From an uncultured Chloroflexia bacterium (GTDB lineage: Bacteria; Chloroflexota; Limnocylindria; Limnocylindrales; CSP1-4): DNA of 64,000 nt. A program made the translations under genes and the position numbers. The DNA lies in NCBI GenBank assembly GCA_963748625.1, contig CAVVJT010000007.1, positions 384,001 to 448,000 of the forward strand, written 5' to 3'. Shown piece by piece: positions 1 through 10,848 of the stretch. Below the pieces are notes generated by a model. The model saw nothing but the letters and a program-made list of their open reading frames with translations, was not told where the DNA came from and did not search any database. Every line of letters begins with the position of its first letter. Position 1 is the stretch's first letter.

Positions 1-838
1 AGGCGGCCGATCGATCCACCTTCGTCGGATCCTTGCCCGAGAAGGCGCCCCCGCCGTGCCGGGCCATGCCGCCGTAGGTGTCCACGATGATCTTGCGGCC
101 GGTCAGGCCGGCGTCGCCCATCGGCCCACCGGTGACGAACCGGCCGGTCGGGTTGACGTGCATGATCGGGTCCTGGGGGCGCAGGTGCTCCGGGATCACG
201 GGAAGGATGACCTGGCCGATGACGTCGTTGCGGATCGTGTCCGCGGTGGCGTCCTCGTCGTGCTGCGTGGACACCACGACCGTGCGCACGCGGACCGGGC
301 GCCCGTGGTCGTACTCCACGGTGACCTGGGTCTTGCCGTCCGGCCGCAGGTACGGGAGCTCCCCGCTCTTGCGGACCTCGGCCAGGCGCCGCGCCATCGC
401 GTGGGCCAGCGAGATCGGGAGCGGCATCAACTCCGGCGTCTCGCGGCAGGCGAAGCCGAACATCATCCCCTGGTCACCGGCGCCCGTGTCATCGGAGCGG
501 TCCACGCCCTGGGCGATGTCGGGACTCTGCTCCTTGACGCTCACCATCGTGCCGCAGGTCTGGTAGTCGAACCCGTAGTCGGCGCGGGTGTAGCCGATGT
601 CCTTGACGGTCTCGCGGACCACGTCCTGGAACTCGACGTACGTGTCGGTCGTGATCTCGCCGAAGACGAGCACAAGCCCGGTGGTGGTCGCCGTCTCGCA
701 GGCGACGCGCGCCCGCGTGTCCTTGGCGAGGATGTGGTCGAGGATCGCGTCCGAGATCTGGTCGCACATCTTGTCCGGATGACCTTCGGTCACGGACTCC
801 GATGTGAACAGGTACTCACTGGCGTCGAGGATGCTCAT
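1..838 (-). CDS. metK: S-adenosylmethionine synthetase (3' end runs off the window)
   Basis: Manual translation from ATG at 838 gives [34 protein letters not shown], with [14 protein letters not shown] and RIIVDTYGG further on. Not in the ORF track because it has no stop in the window. Confidence 0.97.
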   Translation of the reverse strand, partial: MSILDASEYLFTSESVTEGHPDKMCDQISDAILDHILAKDTRARVACETATTTGLVLVFGEITTDTYVEFQDVVRETVKDIGYTRADYGFDYQTCGTMVSVKEQSPDIAQGVDRSDDTGAGDQGMMFGFACRETPELMPLPISLAHAMARRLAEVRKSGELPYLRPDGKTQVTVEYDHGRPVRVRTVVVSTQHDEDATADTIRNDVIGQVILPVIPEHLRPQDPIMHVNPTGRFVTGGPMGDAGLTGRKIIVDTYGGMARHGGGAFSGKDPTKVDRSAA

Positions 839-897
839 GGATCTCCACGCTTGGGCTGGAACGAGTGCCGGCCGAGGGTATCACTCGCCTATGGAGA

Positions 898-2889
898 TCA
901 CCGCAGGCCGGGTACCTCGAGCGGCGGCAGCACATCCGCCGGCGCGAACCCGAAGACCTGGCCGAGGAACGCCAGCTCCGCCGCGTACACCGCCCGCTTG
1001 GTCTCCGCCTTGCGGAACCCGTGCCCCTCGCCCTCGAACGTCATCGCCACGTGCGGCAGCCCGCGCCGGGTGAACGCCTCCACCATCGCGTCGAGCTGGG
1101 AAGGCGGCACGACCCTGTCATCGAGGCCTTGCAGGATCAGCAGCGGGGCGCGCACGCGGTCCAGGTAGTGGATGGGCGAGCGCTCACGGAAGACCTTGCG
1201 GCCCTCCTCGGTCCACGGGGCGAGGAGTCCCTCGTCGTAGCGGGCCTCGAACTTGTGGCCGTCGATGTGGATCAACTCGAGATCCGCGATCCCGTACAGG
1301 CTGATGCCCGCGGCAAAGACCTCGGGCTGGAACGTGAGGGCTGCCAGCGTCGTGTAGCCACCGGCCGAGCCGCCCTTGATCGCCATCCGGGCCGGATCCA
1401 CGTCACCCCGCTCCACGAGGAAGCGAGCGGCCGCGACGCAGTCGTCCACGTCGTAGACGCCCCACTTGCCGCGCAACGCGTCCCTGTACGGCCGCCCATA
1501 GCCGGACGAGCCGCGGTAGTCGACGTCCACGACGGCGATGCCACGCGACGTGAAGAACGCCCGGTCCAGGGAGAGCGCGGAGGAGGCGCCACCCGTCGGG
1601 CCGCCGTGCGAGAGCACCACCAGCGGCGGCCGCTCTTCCGCCGGTCCAGCAAACCCGGGGTTCGACGGCGCGAAGTAGAGCGCGCGGGCCGTGGCGCCAT
1701 CGGTCGTCGGGAAGCTGATCGCCTCGGGCTCGGGCAGGTACGCCGCGTCCGGGTGGACCCGCAGCGAGCGGGCGAGGACCCCCTTGGGCTCGCCGGTGGC
1801 GAGGTCCAGGCGCACGAGCACGCTGCCGTCGCGAGGGCCGGCGGCGACAGCCACGGCCTGGGTGCCGGTCACCCGAAGACCCTCGACCTCGGTGTAGACC
1901 GTGTCGATCCGCGTGACGACGCCATCGGGCGCGATCCGGATCAGGCCGTCATTGCCGTCCGCGCGCGCCACCGCGAGCACGGACCCATCGGGCAGGAACC
2001 CGTACGAGCTCCGGCCGAAGACCCAGGCGGGATCGCCAAGCTCGGCCTCCATCGGGGCCAGGTTGCGGGCCGCACCGTCGAGCCCGCCAGGCCCGTCGAA
2101 GGCGTAGAGGTTCCACCAGCCGGTCTCGTCGGAGACGAAGTGCAGGACACCGTCCGGACGCCACGACGCCTGGACGATGGACACTCCCGGGCCACCGGCA
2201 AGCGTCCGGGCATCGCCCAGGCCGCCATCGGCGAGCACCGGTGCCACGCGCAGCCGGACGCTGTCCCACGGCATCTCGGGGTGGTCCCACTCGAGCCACG
2301 CGAGCGTGCGCCCGTCGGGCGAGGGTCGCGCCCCCGCCACGAAATCCACGCCCGAGACCAGGACCTGGCCGTTGCCGTCCGATCCGTCGAGCGCAAGGGC
2401 GACGATCTCGTTCTCCACGAGCAACGGATCGTTCGGGCGCTGCACGTCGTGGGTCTCGCGGACCGCGTAGATCCGCTCGGCCGACGGGTCGAACCAGATG
2501 TCGGCGTAGCGCCACGGCCCCTCGGGGGTCAGCGGGTCGGCGTCGCGCAGGCCGTCGGGGTCGATCCGGTAGAGCCGGTCGTCCCGGCCCGATGCGATGA
2601 CCCGGCCGGCGTCGACGGCATACGAGCCTCCGCCGTACTCGTGCACGCGGTTGCGCACGGCGAAGGGGTTGGGGGTGAGCTCGTGGGTCGCCCCGTCGAG
2701 CGTGTGCCGCAGGAGGGTCCGGCGGCCACCCTCGGCCGCCCGACTCTCCATCCAGTACACGTCGTCCCCGTCAGGCCACGGCTCGCTGAGCGCGATGGTG
2801 GTCCCGACGAGCAGGTCGATATCGAGCGGCGATGCCCACGAGCCGTAGGCAGCCGTGACGGGCCCCCCGGCGGTCCTGTCCGGCGTCAC
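898..2889 (-). CDS. S9 family (prolyl oligopeptidase/acylaminoacyl) peptidase
   Basis: 663-aa ORF: AAYGSWASP N-terminus, HGGPT, DYRGSSGYG, nucleophile GGSAGG, QGLDDRVV, EGEGHGF. Confidence 0.93.
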   Translation of the reverse strand: MTPDRTAGGPVTAAYGSWASPLDIDLLVGTTIALSEPWPDGDDVYWMESRAAEGGRRTLLRHTLDGATHELTPNPFAVRNRVHEYGGGSYAVDAGRVIASGRDDRLYRIDPDGLRDADPLTPEGPWRYADIWFDPSAERIYAVRETHDVQRPNDPLLVENEIVALALDGSDGNGQVLVSGVDFVAGARPSPDGRTLAWLEWDHPEMPWDSVRLRVAPVLADGGLGDARTLAGGPGVSIVQASWRPDGVLHFVSDETGWWNLYAFDGPGGLDGAARNLAPMEAELGDPAWVFGRSSYGFLPDGSVLAVARADGNDGLIRIAPDGVVTRIDTVYTEVEGLRVTGTQAVAVAAGPRDGSVLVRLDLATGEPKGVLARSLRVHPDAAYLPEPEAISFPTTDGATARALYFAPSNPGFAGPAEERPPLVVLSHGGPTGGASSALSLDRAFFTSRGIAVVDVDYRGSSGYGRPYRDALRGKWGVYDVDDCVAAARFLVERGDVDPARMAIKGGSAGGYTTLAALTFQPEVFAAGISLYGIADLELIHIDGHKFEARYDEGLLAPWTEEGRKVFRERSPIHYLDRVRAPLLILQGLDDRVVPPSQLDAMVEAFTRRGLPHVAMTFEGEGHGFRKAETKRAVYAAELAFLGQVFGFAPADVLPPLEVPGLR

Positions 2890-2892
2890 GAT

Positions 2893-4170
2893 CTAGGTGC
2901 CGTGCTGCCAGCTGGACACGTACTCCAGCTGTTCGGGGGTCATCGCGTCGAGCGTGATGCCCATGGCGGCCAGCTTGAGCGCCGCGACCTCCTGGTCGAT
3001 GGCCTCGGGGACCACGTACACGTCAGGCACGAGCTCGGCGTGGTGCTTGGCCACGTACTCCGCGGCCAGCGCCTGGTTCGCGAAGCTCATGTCCATGACC
3101 GCGGCCGGGTGGCCCTCGGCGGCGCCCAGGTTCACCAGGCGGCCCTCGGCGATGAGGTTGATCCGCTTGCCGCCGATCTCGAACTCCTGGACGTTGGGGC
3201 GCACGTCACGGATGTGGCCCTCGGCCATCGCGCGCAGGGCCGGCAGGTCCAGCTCGGCGTCGAAATGGCCGGAGTTGGCCATGACCGCGCCGTCCTTCAT
3301 CTGCTCGAAGTGCTCGCGGCGGAAGACGTTCACGTTGCCCGTGGCAGTGACGAAGATGTCGCCCCAGCCCGCGGCCTCGCCGACGGTCTTGACCTGGTAG
3401 CCGTCCATGAGCGCCTCGATGGCGCGGACGGGGTTGACCTCGACCACCGCGACGTGGGCGCCGTGGCCCTGCATGCGCATCGCGATGCCCTTGCCCACCC
3501 AGCCGTAGCCGGCGACGACGACATTGCGCCCCGCGATCAGCAGGTTGGTCGCGCGCAGGATGCCGTCGATGGTGGACTGGCCGGTGCCGTAGCGGTTGTC
3601 GAAGAGGTGCTTGGTCTCGGCCTCGTTGACGGCGACCACCGGGAAGGTCAGGGCGCCGTCCTTGGCCATCGCACGCAGGCGGATGACGCCGGTGGTGGTC
3701 TCCTCGGTGCCGCCGAGGATCTCGGGCAGCTGGTCGCGGCGCTCGGTGTGGAGCATCGTGACCAGGTCGCAGCCGTCGTCCTGGGTGATCTGCGGGTGCG
3801 TGTCCGCGACCGTGCGCAGGTGCTTGTAGTACGTCTCGTTGTCCTCGCCGCGGCGGGCGTAGGTGGAGATGCCGTATTCCGCGACCAGCGCGGCGGCGGT
3901 CCAGTCCTGCGTGGAGAGCGGGTTCGACGCAGCCAGATGGACCTCGGCGCCACCGGCCTTGAGGGTCCGCATCAGGTTCGCGGTCTCGGTGGTGACGTGC
4001 AGGCAGCAGCCGATCCGGATACCGGCGAGCGGCTGCTCGCGCTCGAAGCGCTCGCGGATCTGGCGCAGGACGGGCATCTCGCGCTCCGCCCATTCGATCC
4101 GCCGGACGCCCTCCTCGGCCATGCCGAGGTCGGTGACGTCGTGGGGGACCAGGGCCCCGGTGTCGGTCAT
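2893..4170 (-). CDS. ahcY: Adenosylhomocysteinase
   Basis: [71 protein letters not shown]. Confidence 0.98.
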   Translation of the reverse strand: MTDTGALVPHDVTDLGMAEEGVRRIEWAEREMPVLRQIRERFEREQPLAGIRIGCCLHVTTETANLMRTLKAGGAEVHLAASNPLSTQDWTAAALVAEYGISTYARRGEDNETYYKHLRTVADTHPQITQDDGCDLVTMLHTERRDQLPEILGGTEETTTGVIRLRAMAKDGALTFPVVAVNEAETKHLFDNRYGTGQSTIDGILRATNLLIAGRNVVVAGYGWVGKGIAMRMQGHGAHVAVVEVNPVRAIEALMDGYQVKTVGEAAGWGDIFVTATGNVNVFRREHFEQMKDGAVMANSGHFDAELDLPALRAMAEGHIRDVRPNVQEFEIGGKRINLIAEGRLVNLGAAEGHPAAVMDMSFANQALAAEYVAKHHAELVPDVYVVPEAIDQEVAALKLAAMGITLDAMTPEQLEYVSSWQHGT

Positions 4171-5129
4171 GGAGTCTCCTCAACGGTGCCGTCCGCCTCT
4201 GGCGGTGCCGGCTGGGTGGGCGGTTGCAGCGGATGCGCCTGGGCGAAGGTGCGGGGAGCCACGGGTGCGGGCTCCGAGCGCCGGCTCGCGAACAGGCGCC
4301 GGAAGGTTGCGGTGAGGTCAGGCCAGGCCGGCGTGCTGCGCCGGACGAGCCGCTCCTCGAAGCGGCAGTGCTCCTGGTAGCCGAGGCGCCGGTAGGCCGC
4401 GATCGCAGGCGGGTTGTCGGCGCGCACGTTGAGCACGACCTGATCACAGTACCGGAGGAGCTCGTTGGTGACGGCGCTCGTCACGGCCTTCGCATAGCCG
4501 CGACCCCGGTGCTCGGCGTGGGTGAGCACGTTGCCCACCACCGCAAGCCCGGCCTGCCGGGAGATGACATGGGTCCCCGCTGCGGCGACGAGACGGCCGT
4601 TGACGCGGATGCCGAAGTAGACGCCCTCGGCGACGGCGCCCGACGGGATCCACGCCGCGAAACCAAGGCCGTAGAGGCGGTTGAGCTCGCCGACCTCCAC
4701 GGGGAGCAGTCGCTCCACGGGGGACGTGAGCGGCGCGAAGGTGGTCCGGTCGACCCACATGCGGACCATCTGCGGGCCGGGGTCGATGCGGTAATGCTGG
4801 CCGACGGCCGGCAGCGTGGCCTCCAACGACGCGACGTAGGCGATGCGGGGCCGGATGACATCGCGCAGGATCGCGGCGATCCCATCGTCACGGCCCATGA
4901 CGAACATGGGCTGCGGGGTGAGGCCGCCGTACTCGAGGCCCACCGCGACCACCTGGCCACCTTCGACCGCGATCCCCCACCGGGTCCGGCTGAACTCGCG
5001 ATCCTCGAGATCGCAGATGGCGTACGCCGCGAAGAGGCGGTCGTGCTCGAGGAAGTCGCGCAGCAGGTGGCGGTCGGTCGTGGTGCGGACGGACGGCGCG
5101 GTTCGCCGGTCGACGGCCATGGTGGCCAT
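4167..5129 (-). CDS. GNAT family N-acetyltransferase (FR47-like C-terminal domain)
   Basis: [16 protein letters not shown] acetyl-CoA motif and [19 protein letters not shown]; stop overlaps the ahcY start. Confidence 0.88.
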   Translation of the reverse strand: MATMAVDRRTAPSVRTTTDRHLLRDFLEHDRLFAAYAICDLEDREFSRTRWGIAVEGGQVVAVGLEYGGLTPQPMFVMGRDDGIAAILRDVIRPRIAYVASLEATLPAVGQHYRIDPGPQMVRMWVDRTTFAPLTSPVERLLPVEVGELNRLYGLGFAAWIPSGAVAEGVYFGIRVNGRLVAAAGTHVISRQAGLAVVGNVLTHAEHRGRGYAKAVTSAVTNELLRYCDQVVLNVRADNPPAIAAYRRLGYQEHCRFEERLVRRSTPAWPDLTATFRRLFASRRSEPAPVAPRTFAQAHPLQPPTQPAPPEADGTVEETP

Positions 5130-6745
5130 CAGGCTCCGTGCTCCGCGACCGCCGGGTCGGGTCGCGGCCTCGAGGCATCGATGGGGGTTCGTGCGGGTGC
5201 GCTGGCCTCGCCGGCCTCGGCCTCACCGCCGGTCCCGGCCCCGGCCCCATCGCCACCGGATGCAGCCGCCACCCGCCGCGCGACGAGCGCAGCGAACCCT
5301 CGGGCCTCCGAGCGGCGGGCTTCCGCGGTCACCAGGGCCTCGGCGAGCGCCGGTCCGTACGGCGCCCGCAGCACCCCGGTCTCGGTCACGATCGCCGCGA
5401 CCAGCGCCGCCGGCACCAGGTCCTGCGTCGGGTTGCGGGCCTGGGCGCCCTCGAGCGCCGTCCGCTGGCCCGCGAACCGCAGCACCGCGGCCGGACGGCC
5501 CTCCTCGAGCGGCGCGTCGTCGCCCTCCTCGATGGCCGCGTCGATCGCCGTGGTGGGGGCGAACACCAGGAACGGGATGCCGGCGGCCTGCGCGGCGAGC
5601 GCGAGCGGGTACGCCCCCACCGTGGTGATCACATCGCCCTGCGCCGTGATCCGGTCCGCACCCGCGAGCACGGCCTGGACCTCACCGGCGGCGACGCACC
5701 CGGGGGCGGCGGCGTCGGTGACGATGGCGTGCGGGACGCCCGCCTGCTTGAGCTCCCACGCGGCAACCCGGCTGCCCTCCAGGCCCGGACGACCCTCCGG
5801 GACGAGCGCGTGGATCGGGCGGCCCTGGTGGTGCGCGGTCGTGACCACGGACAGCGCCGCGCCGAAGACGCCGCCGCCCATCGCGCCGGTGCTGCCGGCG
5901 ACCATGACGTGGACCCGGTCCCCGGCCGCGGGAGGCGCGCCTGCGGACGCCGCTGGCGCGCCGATGGGCGCCTCGGGCGCGCCGACGGGTGCATCGCCCA
6001 CGCCAACGGGCGCATCGCCCACGGCAGCCAGCTCACCGCGCGCAGGGTCGGCCGGCTCCTCGCCTGCCCCCGGCAGCACCGCCAATCCGTGGGTCACCAC
6101 CATCCCGTGGTCGTCGGTGGCCTCCTCGACGATCGCCTCGGCCTCCGCCTTGAGCGCCTGGGCCAGCACGGCGGCCTCCGCGTCCACGCCCAGCTCCTCG
6201 ACCAGCGCCAGCATCCGGTCCAGCGCCAGCACCATCGGCGCCGATCCCTGGCGGGCCTGGCGGAACGCGTTCGCCGCGCCGCGCAGCGTGGCCCGCCGGG
6301 CAAACCCGCGCGAGGACGTGGACCTGGCGGCGATCAGCGCGAGCGTTGCCGCCGCGACCTGGGCCTGCACCTGGGCGCCCACGAGCGCCCCGTCGTTGAT
6401 CGCCGTGACCGCGTCCGCGGCGCTGCGCACCTGGAGGTCGGCCAGGACGTCTGGCAGGCGGCGCTGGTCCACGAGGTGGATCACATCCGCGTCCCAGCGG
6501 AAGGGCGCCCGATAGCCGGCGTTGACGGCGCTCGTCTCGCTCGCGATCGCGGGCGGGCCACCCGCCGCACCGGGCGAGCCCGCGAGCGCATCCGGGTCCA
6601 GCAGGCCCTTCGCGGCCTCCATCGACTCCGCCTGGAGCAGCTGGGCCGCGCCGAACATCGACCCCATGGACGTCACTACATCTCCGGCGAGCTGCCGGAT
6701 GAAGGTTCGCCGGGTGGGATCGACGGGCGGGGGTTTCTCGGTCAC
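5129..6745 (-). CDS. MtnA/eIF-2B-family protein (methylthioribose-1-P isomerase-like), catalytically degenerate, with N-terminal extension
   Basis: LVDQRRLP, EGRPGLEGSRVAAWEL, GADRI and AIVTETGV match the family, but VRGAP, HCN and NKIGT are altered. Confidence 0.8.
   Translation of the reverse strand: MTEKPPPVDPTRRTFIRQLAGDVVTSMGSMFGAAQLLQAESMEAAKGLLDPDALAGSPGAAGGPPAIASETSAVNAGYRAPFRWDADVIHLVDQRRLPDVLADLQVRSAADAVTAINDGALVGAQVQAQVAAATLALIAARSTSSRGFARRATLRGAANAFRQARQGSAPMVLALDRMLALVEELGVDAEAAVLAQALKAEAEAIVEEATDDHGMVVTHGLAVLPGAGEEPADPARGELAAVGDAPVGVGDAPVGAPEAPIGAPAASAGAPPAAGDRVHVMVAGSTGAMGGGVFGAALSVVTTAHHQGRPIHALVPEGRPGLEGSRVAAWELKQAGVPHAIVTDAAAPGCVAAGEVQAVLAGADRITAQGDVITTVGAYPLALAAQAAGIPFLVFAPTTAIDAAIEEGDDAPLEEGRPAAVLRFAGQRTALEGAQARNPTQDLVPAALVAAIVTETGVLRAPYGPALAEALVTAEARRSEARGFAALVARRVAAASGGDGAGAGTGGEAEAGEASAPARTPIDASRPRPDPAVAEHGA
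5958..6025 (-). repeat. Imperfect 21-nt tandem repeat encoding VGDAPVG/VGDAPVG/APEAPIG inside the MtnA-like gene
   Basis: Protein reads AAVGDAPVGVGDAPVGAPEAPIGAPAA; DNA unit gcatcgcccacg recurs 21 nt apart. Confidence 0.7.
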
Positions 6746-6800
6746 GGGACGGTAGCGGGACGCGGTGGGCGCGGTGGGCGCGGGGTGGCCTGGGCCACGC

Positions 6801-7322
6801 TCAGTAGGTGACGACGCTCGTGACCTTGCGTCCCTCGAGGCGCTCCCGACCCTTGAGGAAGTCGAGCTCCACGAGGAATGCCAGGCCGACCACGACGCCC
6901 TTCAGTCGCTCGACCAGCTCGATCGTGCCGCGGACCGTGCCCCCGGTGGCGAGCAGGTCGTCCACGATCAGCACCCGCTGGCCGGGCTGGATCGCGTCGC
7001 GGTGGATCTCTAGCGTGTTGGACCCGTACTCCAGCGCGTACTCCACGGTCAGCGTCTCGGCCGGGAGCTTGCCCAGCTTGCGCACCGGCACCAGGCCCGT
7101 GTCGAGCTGGTACGCCATCGGCGCGGAGAAGATGAAGCCCCGGGATTCCATGCCCACGACCAGGTCGATCTGCTCGTCCTTGTAGGGCTCGAGCATGAGA
7201 TCGATCGCCTCCTTGTAGGCCGCGGGTTCCTTCAGGAGCGTGGTGATGTCGTAGAACAGGATGCCGGGCTTCGGGAAGTCGGGGATCTCGCGGATCTTCG
7301 CGCGAAGCGTCTCGGCCGACAT
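6801..7322 (-). CDS. apt: Adenine phosphoribosyltransferase
   Basis: IREIPDFPKPGILFYDIT, ESRGFIF, VRKLGKLP, YALEYG, VDDLLATGGT. Start MSAETL follows a GGAGG-like RBS. Confidence 0.97.
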   Translation of the reverse strand: MSAETLRAKIREIPDFPKPGILFYDITTLLKEPAAYKEAIDLMLEPYKDEQIDLVVGMESRGFIFSAPMAYQLDTGLVPVRKLGKLPAETLTVEYALEYGSNTLEIHRDAIQPGQRVLIVDDLLATGGTVRGTIELVERLKGVVVGLAFLVELDFLKGRERLEGRKVTSVVTY

Positions 7323-7392
7323 GGTTCTCAGGAACCCTCCGTGGTGCCGCGCCCGCTCGTGCGGCGCGGGGGTGTGCGGGGACACCGGGCCG

Positions 7393-8832
7393 CTAGTCTA
7401 CCCCAGCCGAAACGCCACTCTGCCAGCTCCCGAACGGGCCGATCCGCCTTGCGGCGAGCACGCCGAGGACGGCCGTCACGCACGACACCCCGAACACGAC
7501 CGCGAGCGCGATGCCCAGCCCGTCGGGTCCCGACCGCCCGCCGATCGCCGTGATCGCACCGCCGATCCCCGCACCCAGCGTGGTGCCCAGGATGTCGGAC
7601 AGCTGGAGCGAGGACGAGGCGCTCCCCTGCTCCGCCGTGGGCACGCCGCGCAGCACCGCCAGCGTGACCGCGGAGTACATGAGCCCCATTCCCAGGCCCG
7701 GGATCGCCCACGTCAGGATCGCGATCTCCGGCGGGACGGACGCAAGCACGGTCGGGATCGTGAGCGCGGCGCCCAGCGCGACGGCACCGAACCCCAGCGC
7801 GACGAAGATGGCGGGCCCGTAGCGTTCGATCCGGCGGGCCTGCACCCAGGTGGTGATCGTCCAAGCGAGCGTGGTGGCCGTGAACACGATGCCGGTCAGG
7901 GTCGCGGGCGTGCCGCGCCAGCCCTGGAGCAGCAGCGGGATGTAGGCGTCGGCGACGAAGAACGAGAACGTCATCAGGCCGCGCAGCAGGATGGCGGCCG
8001 GGACGCCGCGGGCCAGGCGGAGGGTGCCCGGTGGGGTCAGGCTTCGGAAGGCCGGCAGCAGGATGGCGGCCCCGACGACCGTCACCACGACCGCGAGCAG
8101 CGGCTCCTCCAGCCCGAGGCCGGCGACGAGCATGCCCGCGCCGAGCGCCGCGACCAGCGCCCTGGCCAGGCGTCCGCGCCCTGCCGACGTCGCGTCCGAT
8201 GCGTCCGCGGGCGGCGGGACATCCCCCTGCACCCGGTGCAGCGCGTGGAGCGCGATCGCCCCCGACACCGCGAGGATCGGCAGCAGGCCCAGGAAGATCC
8301 AGCGCCACCCGAACAGCTCCCCGACCACCGCTGCCAGCGACGGGCCGATGACGCCCGGCACCACCCACGCGGTGGACAGCAGCGCGAACATCCGTGACTG
8401 CAGGTGCTCGGGCATGCAGCGGCCGATTGCGACGTACGCCGTGGGGCTGAGCGCCCCGCCCCCCAGGCCTTGGACGAAGCGCGCCAGCACGAGCACCGGC
8501 ATCGATGGCGCCAGGCCACCCGCGACGAGGCCGATGGCGAACAGGGCGATGCCGATCGCGAACGGCCGATGGAGGGGCTGCCGGTCGAGCGCGCCGCCCG
8601 TCACCACGATACCGACGAGGTTGCCCAGGAAGAACGCGGTGTAGACCCAGCCGTAGAGCGGCAGGTCCCCGAACTCCAGGAGCACCTTGGGGAGCACCGT
8701 GCCGATCGCCAGCGACTCGACCGCGACCAGGGTGATCGTCAGGACGAGCCCGATCGTCAGGCCGCGCAGGCCCGGCGCGAACAGGTCCGCCGTGCGCGCG
8801 GGAACCGCGGGAGTGCTCAGGCTGGAGGACAC
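7393..8832 (-). CDS. MFS transporter (DHA2-like, ~14 TM)
   Basis: 479 aa with many hydrophobic segments; ARFVQGLGGG and GWRWIFLG motifs. Confidence 0.9.
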   Translation of the reverse strand: MSSSLSTPAVPARTADLFAPGLRGLTIGLVLTITLVAVESLAIGTVLPKVLLEFGDLPLYGWVYTAFFLGNLVGIVVTGGALDRQPLHRPFAIGIALFAIGLVAGGLAPSMPVLVLARFVQGLGGGALSPTAYVAIGRCMPEHLQSRMFALLSTAWVVPGVIGPSLAAVVGELFGWRWIFLGLLPILAVSGAIALHALHRVQGDVPPPADASDATSAGRGRLARALVAALGAGMLVAGLGLEEPLLAVVVTVVGAAILLPAFRSLTPPGTLRLARGVPAAILLRGLMTFSFFVADAYIPLLLQGWRGTPATLTGIVFTATTLAWTITTWVQARRIERYGPAIFVALGFGAVALGAALTIPTVLASVPPEIAILTWAIPGLGMGLMYSAVTLAVLRGVPTAEQGSASSSLQLSDILGTTLGAGIGGAITAIGGRSGPDGLGIALAVVFGVSCVTAVLGVLAARRIGPFGSWQSGVSAGVD

Positions 8833-8916
8833 GCCCCGATTGTGCCCGACCTCAGGTCACCGCGACCCCGGAGGTCCAATTGCTGGCCGGGTGAGTCGGC
8901 GCGCCAGGAGATCGGC

Positions 8917-9780
8917 CTACGCGTGGTCGATCGCCACCTTCGCGAGCTTCACCGCGATGCTGCCGCCGGGGATCAGGAGGCCCGCGGTGTCGGCGCCCAG
9001 GTCGAACACGATGTCCCGGTTGATCCGCCGGGTCAGGTCGCTGACCTTGAGCGACTGCGCGTTGTGTGTCTCGCCGGATACCGCGTCGACCTCGATCACG
9101 CCCCGCTTGTCCTTCGCCGGCAGCCGGTACTCGAAGGCCCAGATCGGGCGGTACACGAGCTCGAGCGCTTCGACCGACAGCGACTCCTCGAAGACGGCGT
9201 CGGCCTGGAGCGGGCGCATCACCTTGGCCAGCAGCTGGCGGACGATGGCCGACGCGCGCTGCTCCGGCGCTATCACGAGAGTGCCATCGGTTCCCATCTC
9301 GGCGGGGTCCTGGACCTCCAGGCGCGGGCCGGACGCATAGGCCTGGCCCTTGCCGAACGGCTGGCCGGTGAGACCGTCCACGAAGAGCTCCTCGCGCGGG
9401 TCCTCCGTGCAGTGCTCGAGGACGTCGAACCCGAAGGCAGGTCCCGCGGCCCCCGACGGCACCACGTTGAAGTCCGAACCGAGGAAGCTCACGGAGCGGA
9501 CGTCGGGCGCGGACGCCGGGACCGTGTAGCGCCGGGTGCGGTCGTAGACGTAGTGGGCGGTGCAGGCGACATGCCAGAACGGCTCCAGCCGACGCTGGCT
9601 CGCGACCAGCTCCACGTCGTCGGCCTTGGGCCGTGACAGGAGCCCGCCGATGCCGGAGCCGACCGCGCCGGTCTTCTTCTCGTCCGCGCGACGGCGCATC
9701 TCGTCGAGGCTGATGCGCTGATCGAGCGCGAAGATGCGCGGTGTGCCGAGCGTGATCTCCACGGTGTCGCTGGCCTCCAT
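8917..9780 (-). CDS. Hypothetical protein
   Basis: 287-aa ORF with natural composition and G/C-ending codons; no family recognised. Confidence 0.75.
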   Translation of the reverse strand: MEASDTVEITLGTPRIFALDQRISLDEMRRRADEKKTGAVGSGIGGLLSRPKADDVELVASQRRLEPFWHVACTAHYVYDRTRRYTVPASAPDVRSVSFLGSDFNVVPSGAAGPAFGFDVLEHCTEDPREELFVDGLTGQPFGKGQAYASGPRLEVQDPAEMGTDGTLVIAPEQRASAIVRQLLAKVMRPLQADAVFEESLSVEALELVYRPIWAFEYRLPAKDKRGVIEVDAVSGETHNAQSLKVSDLTRRINRDIVFDLGADTAGLLIPGGSIAVKLAKVAIDHA

Positions 9781-9835
9781 GTGCGCTGCACGCGAACGAT
9801 AGTCGAGCCGGTCGGCTCCGTGCGGCCGTTCCGGG

Positions 9836-10777
9836 TCAGGAGATCAGGCGCAGCAGCTCGCCGAGGACCGCGATCTGTTCCGGCGAGGTGTAGGTGGTGT
9901 TGTTGAACGTGAAGCCCGTGAAGCCCGCATCGAGGTACGGCCGGAGGCCATCAGCTGCCTGCTCCGGGGTCCCCACCACCACGTGCGCCCGGCGCTCCTC
10001 GGGGATCAGCCCGCGCATCGCGTCGGCCTCAGCGGCCCGCGCGGCCACGAGCACCGGGGCGGCCATCGTGCGCTCGACGGTGGCAGGGTCGCGCCCGATG
10101 TCCTCGCAGTAGCCCTTGAGCAGGTCCGTCTTGCGGGCCATCGCTGCAAAGCCCAGCGGGAACCAGTGCGTCATGTCCGCGTGCCTGGCCGCGATGCGCA
10201 GCGTCCGCTGCTCGCCGCCGCCGCCAACCAGGATCCGCGGGCCCTTGGCCTGGATTGGGCGCGGGATGTTGATGACGTCCCGGGTGACGAAGTGGGTGCC
10301 CTCGAAGGAGGACCGCTCCTGCTCGAACATGCCGCGCGCGATGGTCAAGGCTTCGTCGAGGCGGTCCATGCGCTCCTTGATCGGCGGGAAGGCGAAGCCG
10401 AACGCCTCGTGCTCGGCCTCGTACCAGGCGGCCCCCAGCCCGAACACCGCGCGGCCCCCGGAGATCACGTCGAGGGTGGTCGCCGTCTTCGCCAGCATGG
10501 CCGGGTTGCGGTACGTGACGCCCGTCACGAGCGTGCCCAGGCGGACGGTGCTGGTCTCGCGGGCCAGCGCGGCGAGGACCGACCAGCCCTCGAGCATCGG
10601 CTCCTCGGGGCGGCCCACACCCGGGATCTGGTTGAGGTGGTCCATCACGGTGACCAGGGAGAAGCCGGCAGCCTCGGCCGCCGTGGCCTGGGCGACCACG
10701 CGGTCGAACATCTGCGCCGGGGGCGTGTCAGGAAAGGTGAACAGCGGAAGGTGGAGGCCGAACCAGGGGGTCGTCAT
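9836..10777 (-). CDS. LLM class (F420-dependent) oxidoreductase
   Basis: AEAAGFSLVTVMDH, LGTLVTGVTYRNPAMLAKTATTLDVISGGR, GLGAAWYEAEH, ILVGGGGEQRTL. Confidence 0.92.
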   Translation of the reverse strand: MTTPWFGLHLPLFTFPDTPPAQMFDRVVAQATAAEAAGFSLVTVMDHLNQIPGVGRPEEPMLEGWSVLAALARETSTVRLGTLVTGVTYRNPAMLAKTATTLDVISGGRAVFGLGAAWYEAEHEAFGFAFPPIKERMDRLDEALTIARGMFEQERSSFEGTHFVTRDVINIPRPIQAKGPRILVGGGGEQRTLRIAARHADMTHWFPLGFAAMARKTDLLKGYCEDIGRDPATVERTMAAPVLVAARAAEADAMRGLIPEERRAHVVVGTPEQAADGLRPYLDAGFTGFTFNNTTYTSPEQIAVLGELLRLIS

Positions 10778-10848
10778 GGCGCCAGTCTGCACCTATGCCA
10801 CACAGGGTGCCAACGGCTCCGGGTCTGGCGCTGGGCGCTGCGGCCGGA

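Noticed and set aside
839-897. SAM riboswitch upstream of metK
   Set aside because: The gap is only ~60 nt and shows no recognisable SAM-I/II/IV or SAH core.
865-4380. 1171-aa plus-strand ORF (and similar long ORFs at 13766-18661 +, 24796-30318 - and 37836-40484 +)
   Set aside because: Antisense shadow frames of real genes in high-GC DNA, with Arg/Gly/Pro-rich composition and no motifs. Only the first ~38 aa of the 24796-30318 ORF is real (the ybeY N-terminus).
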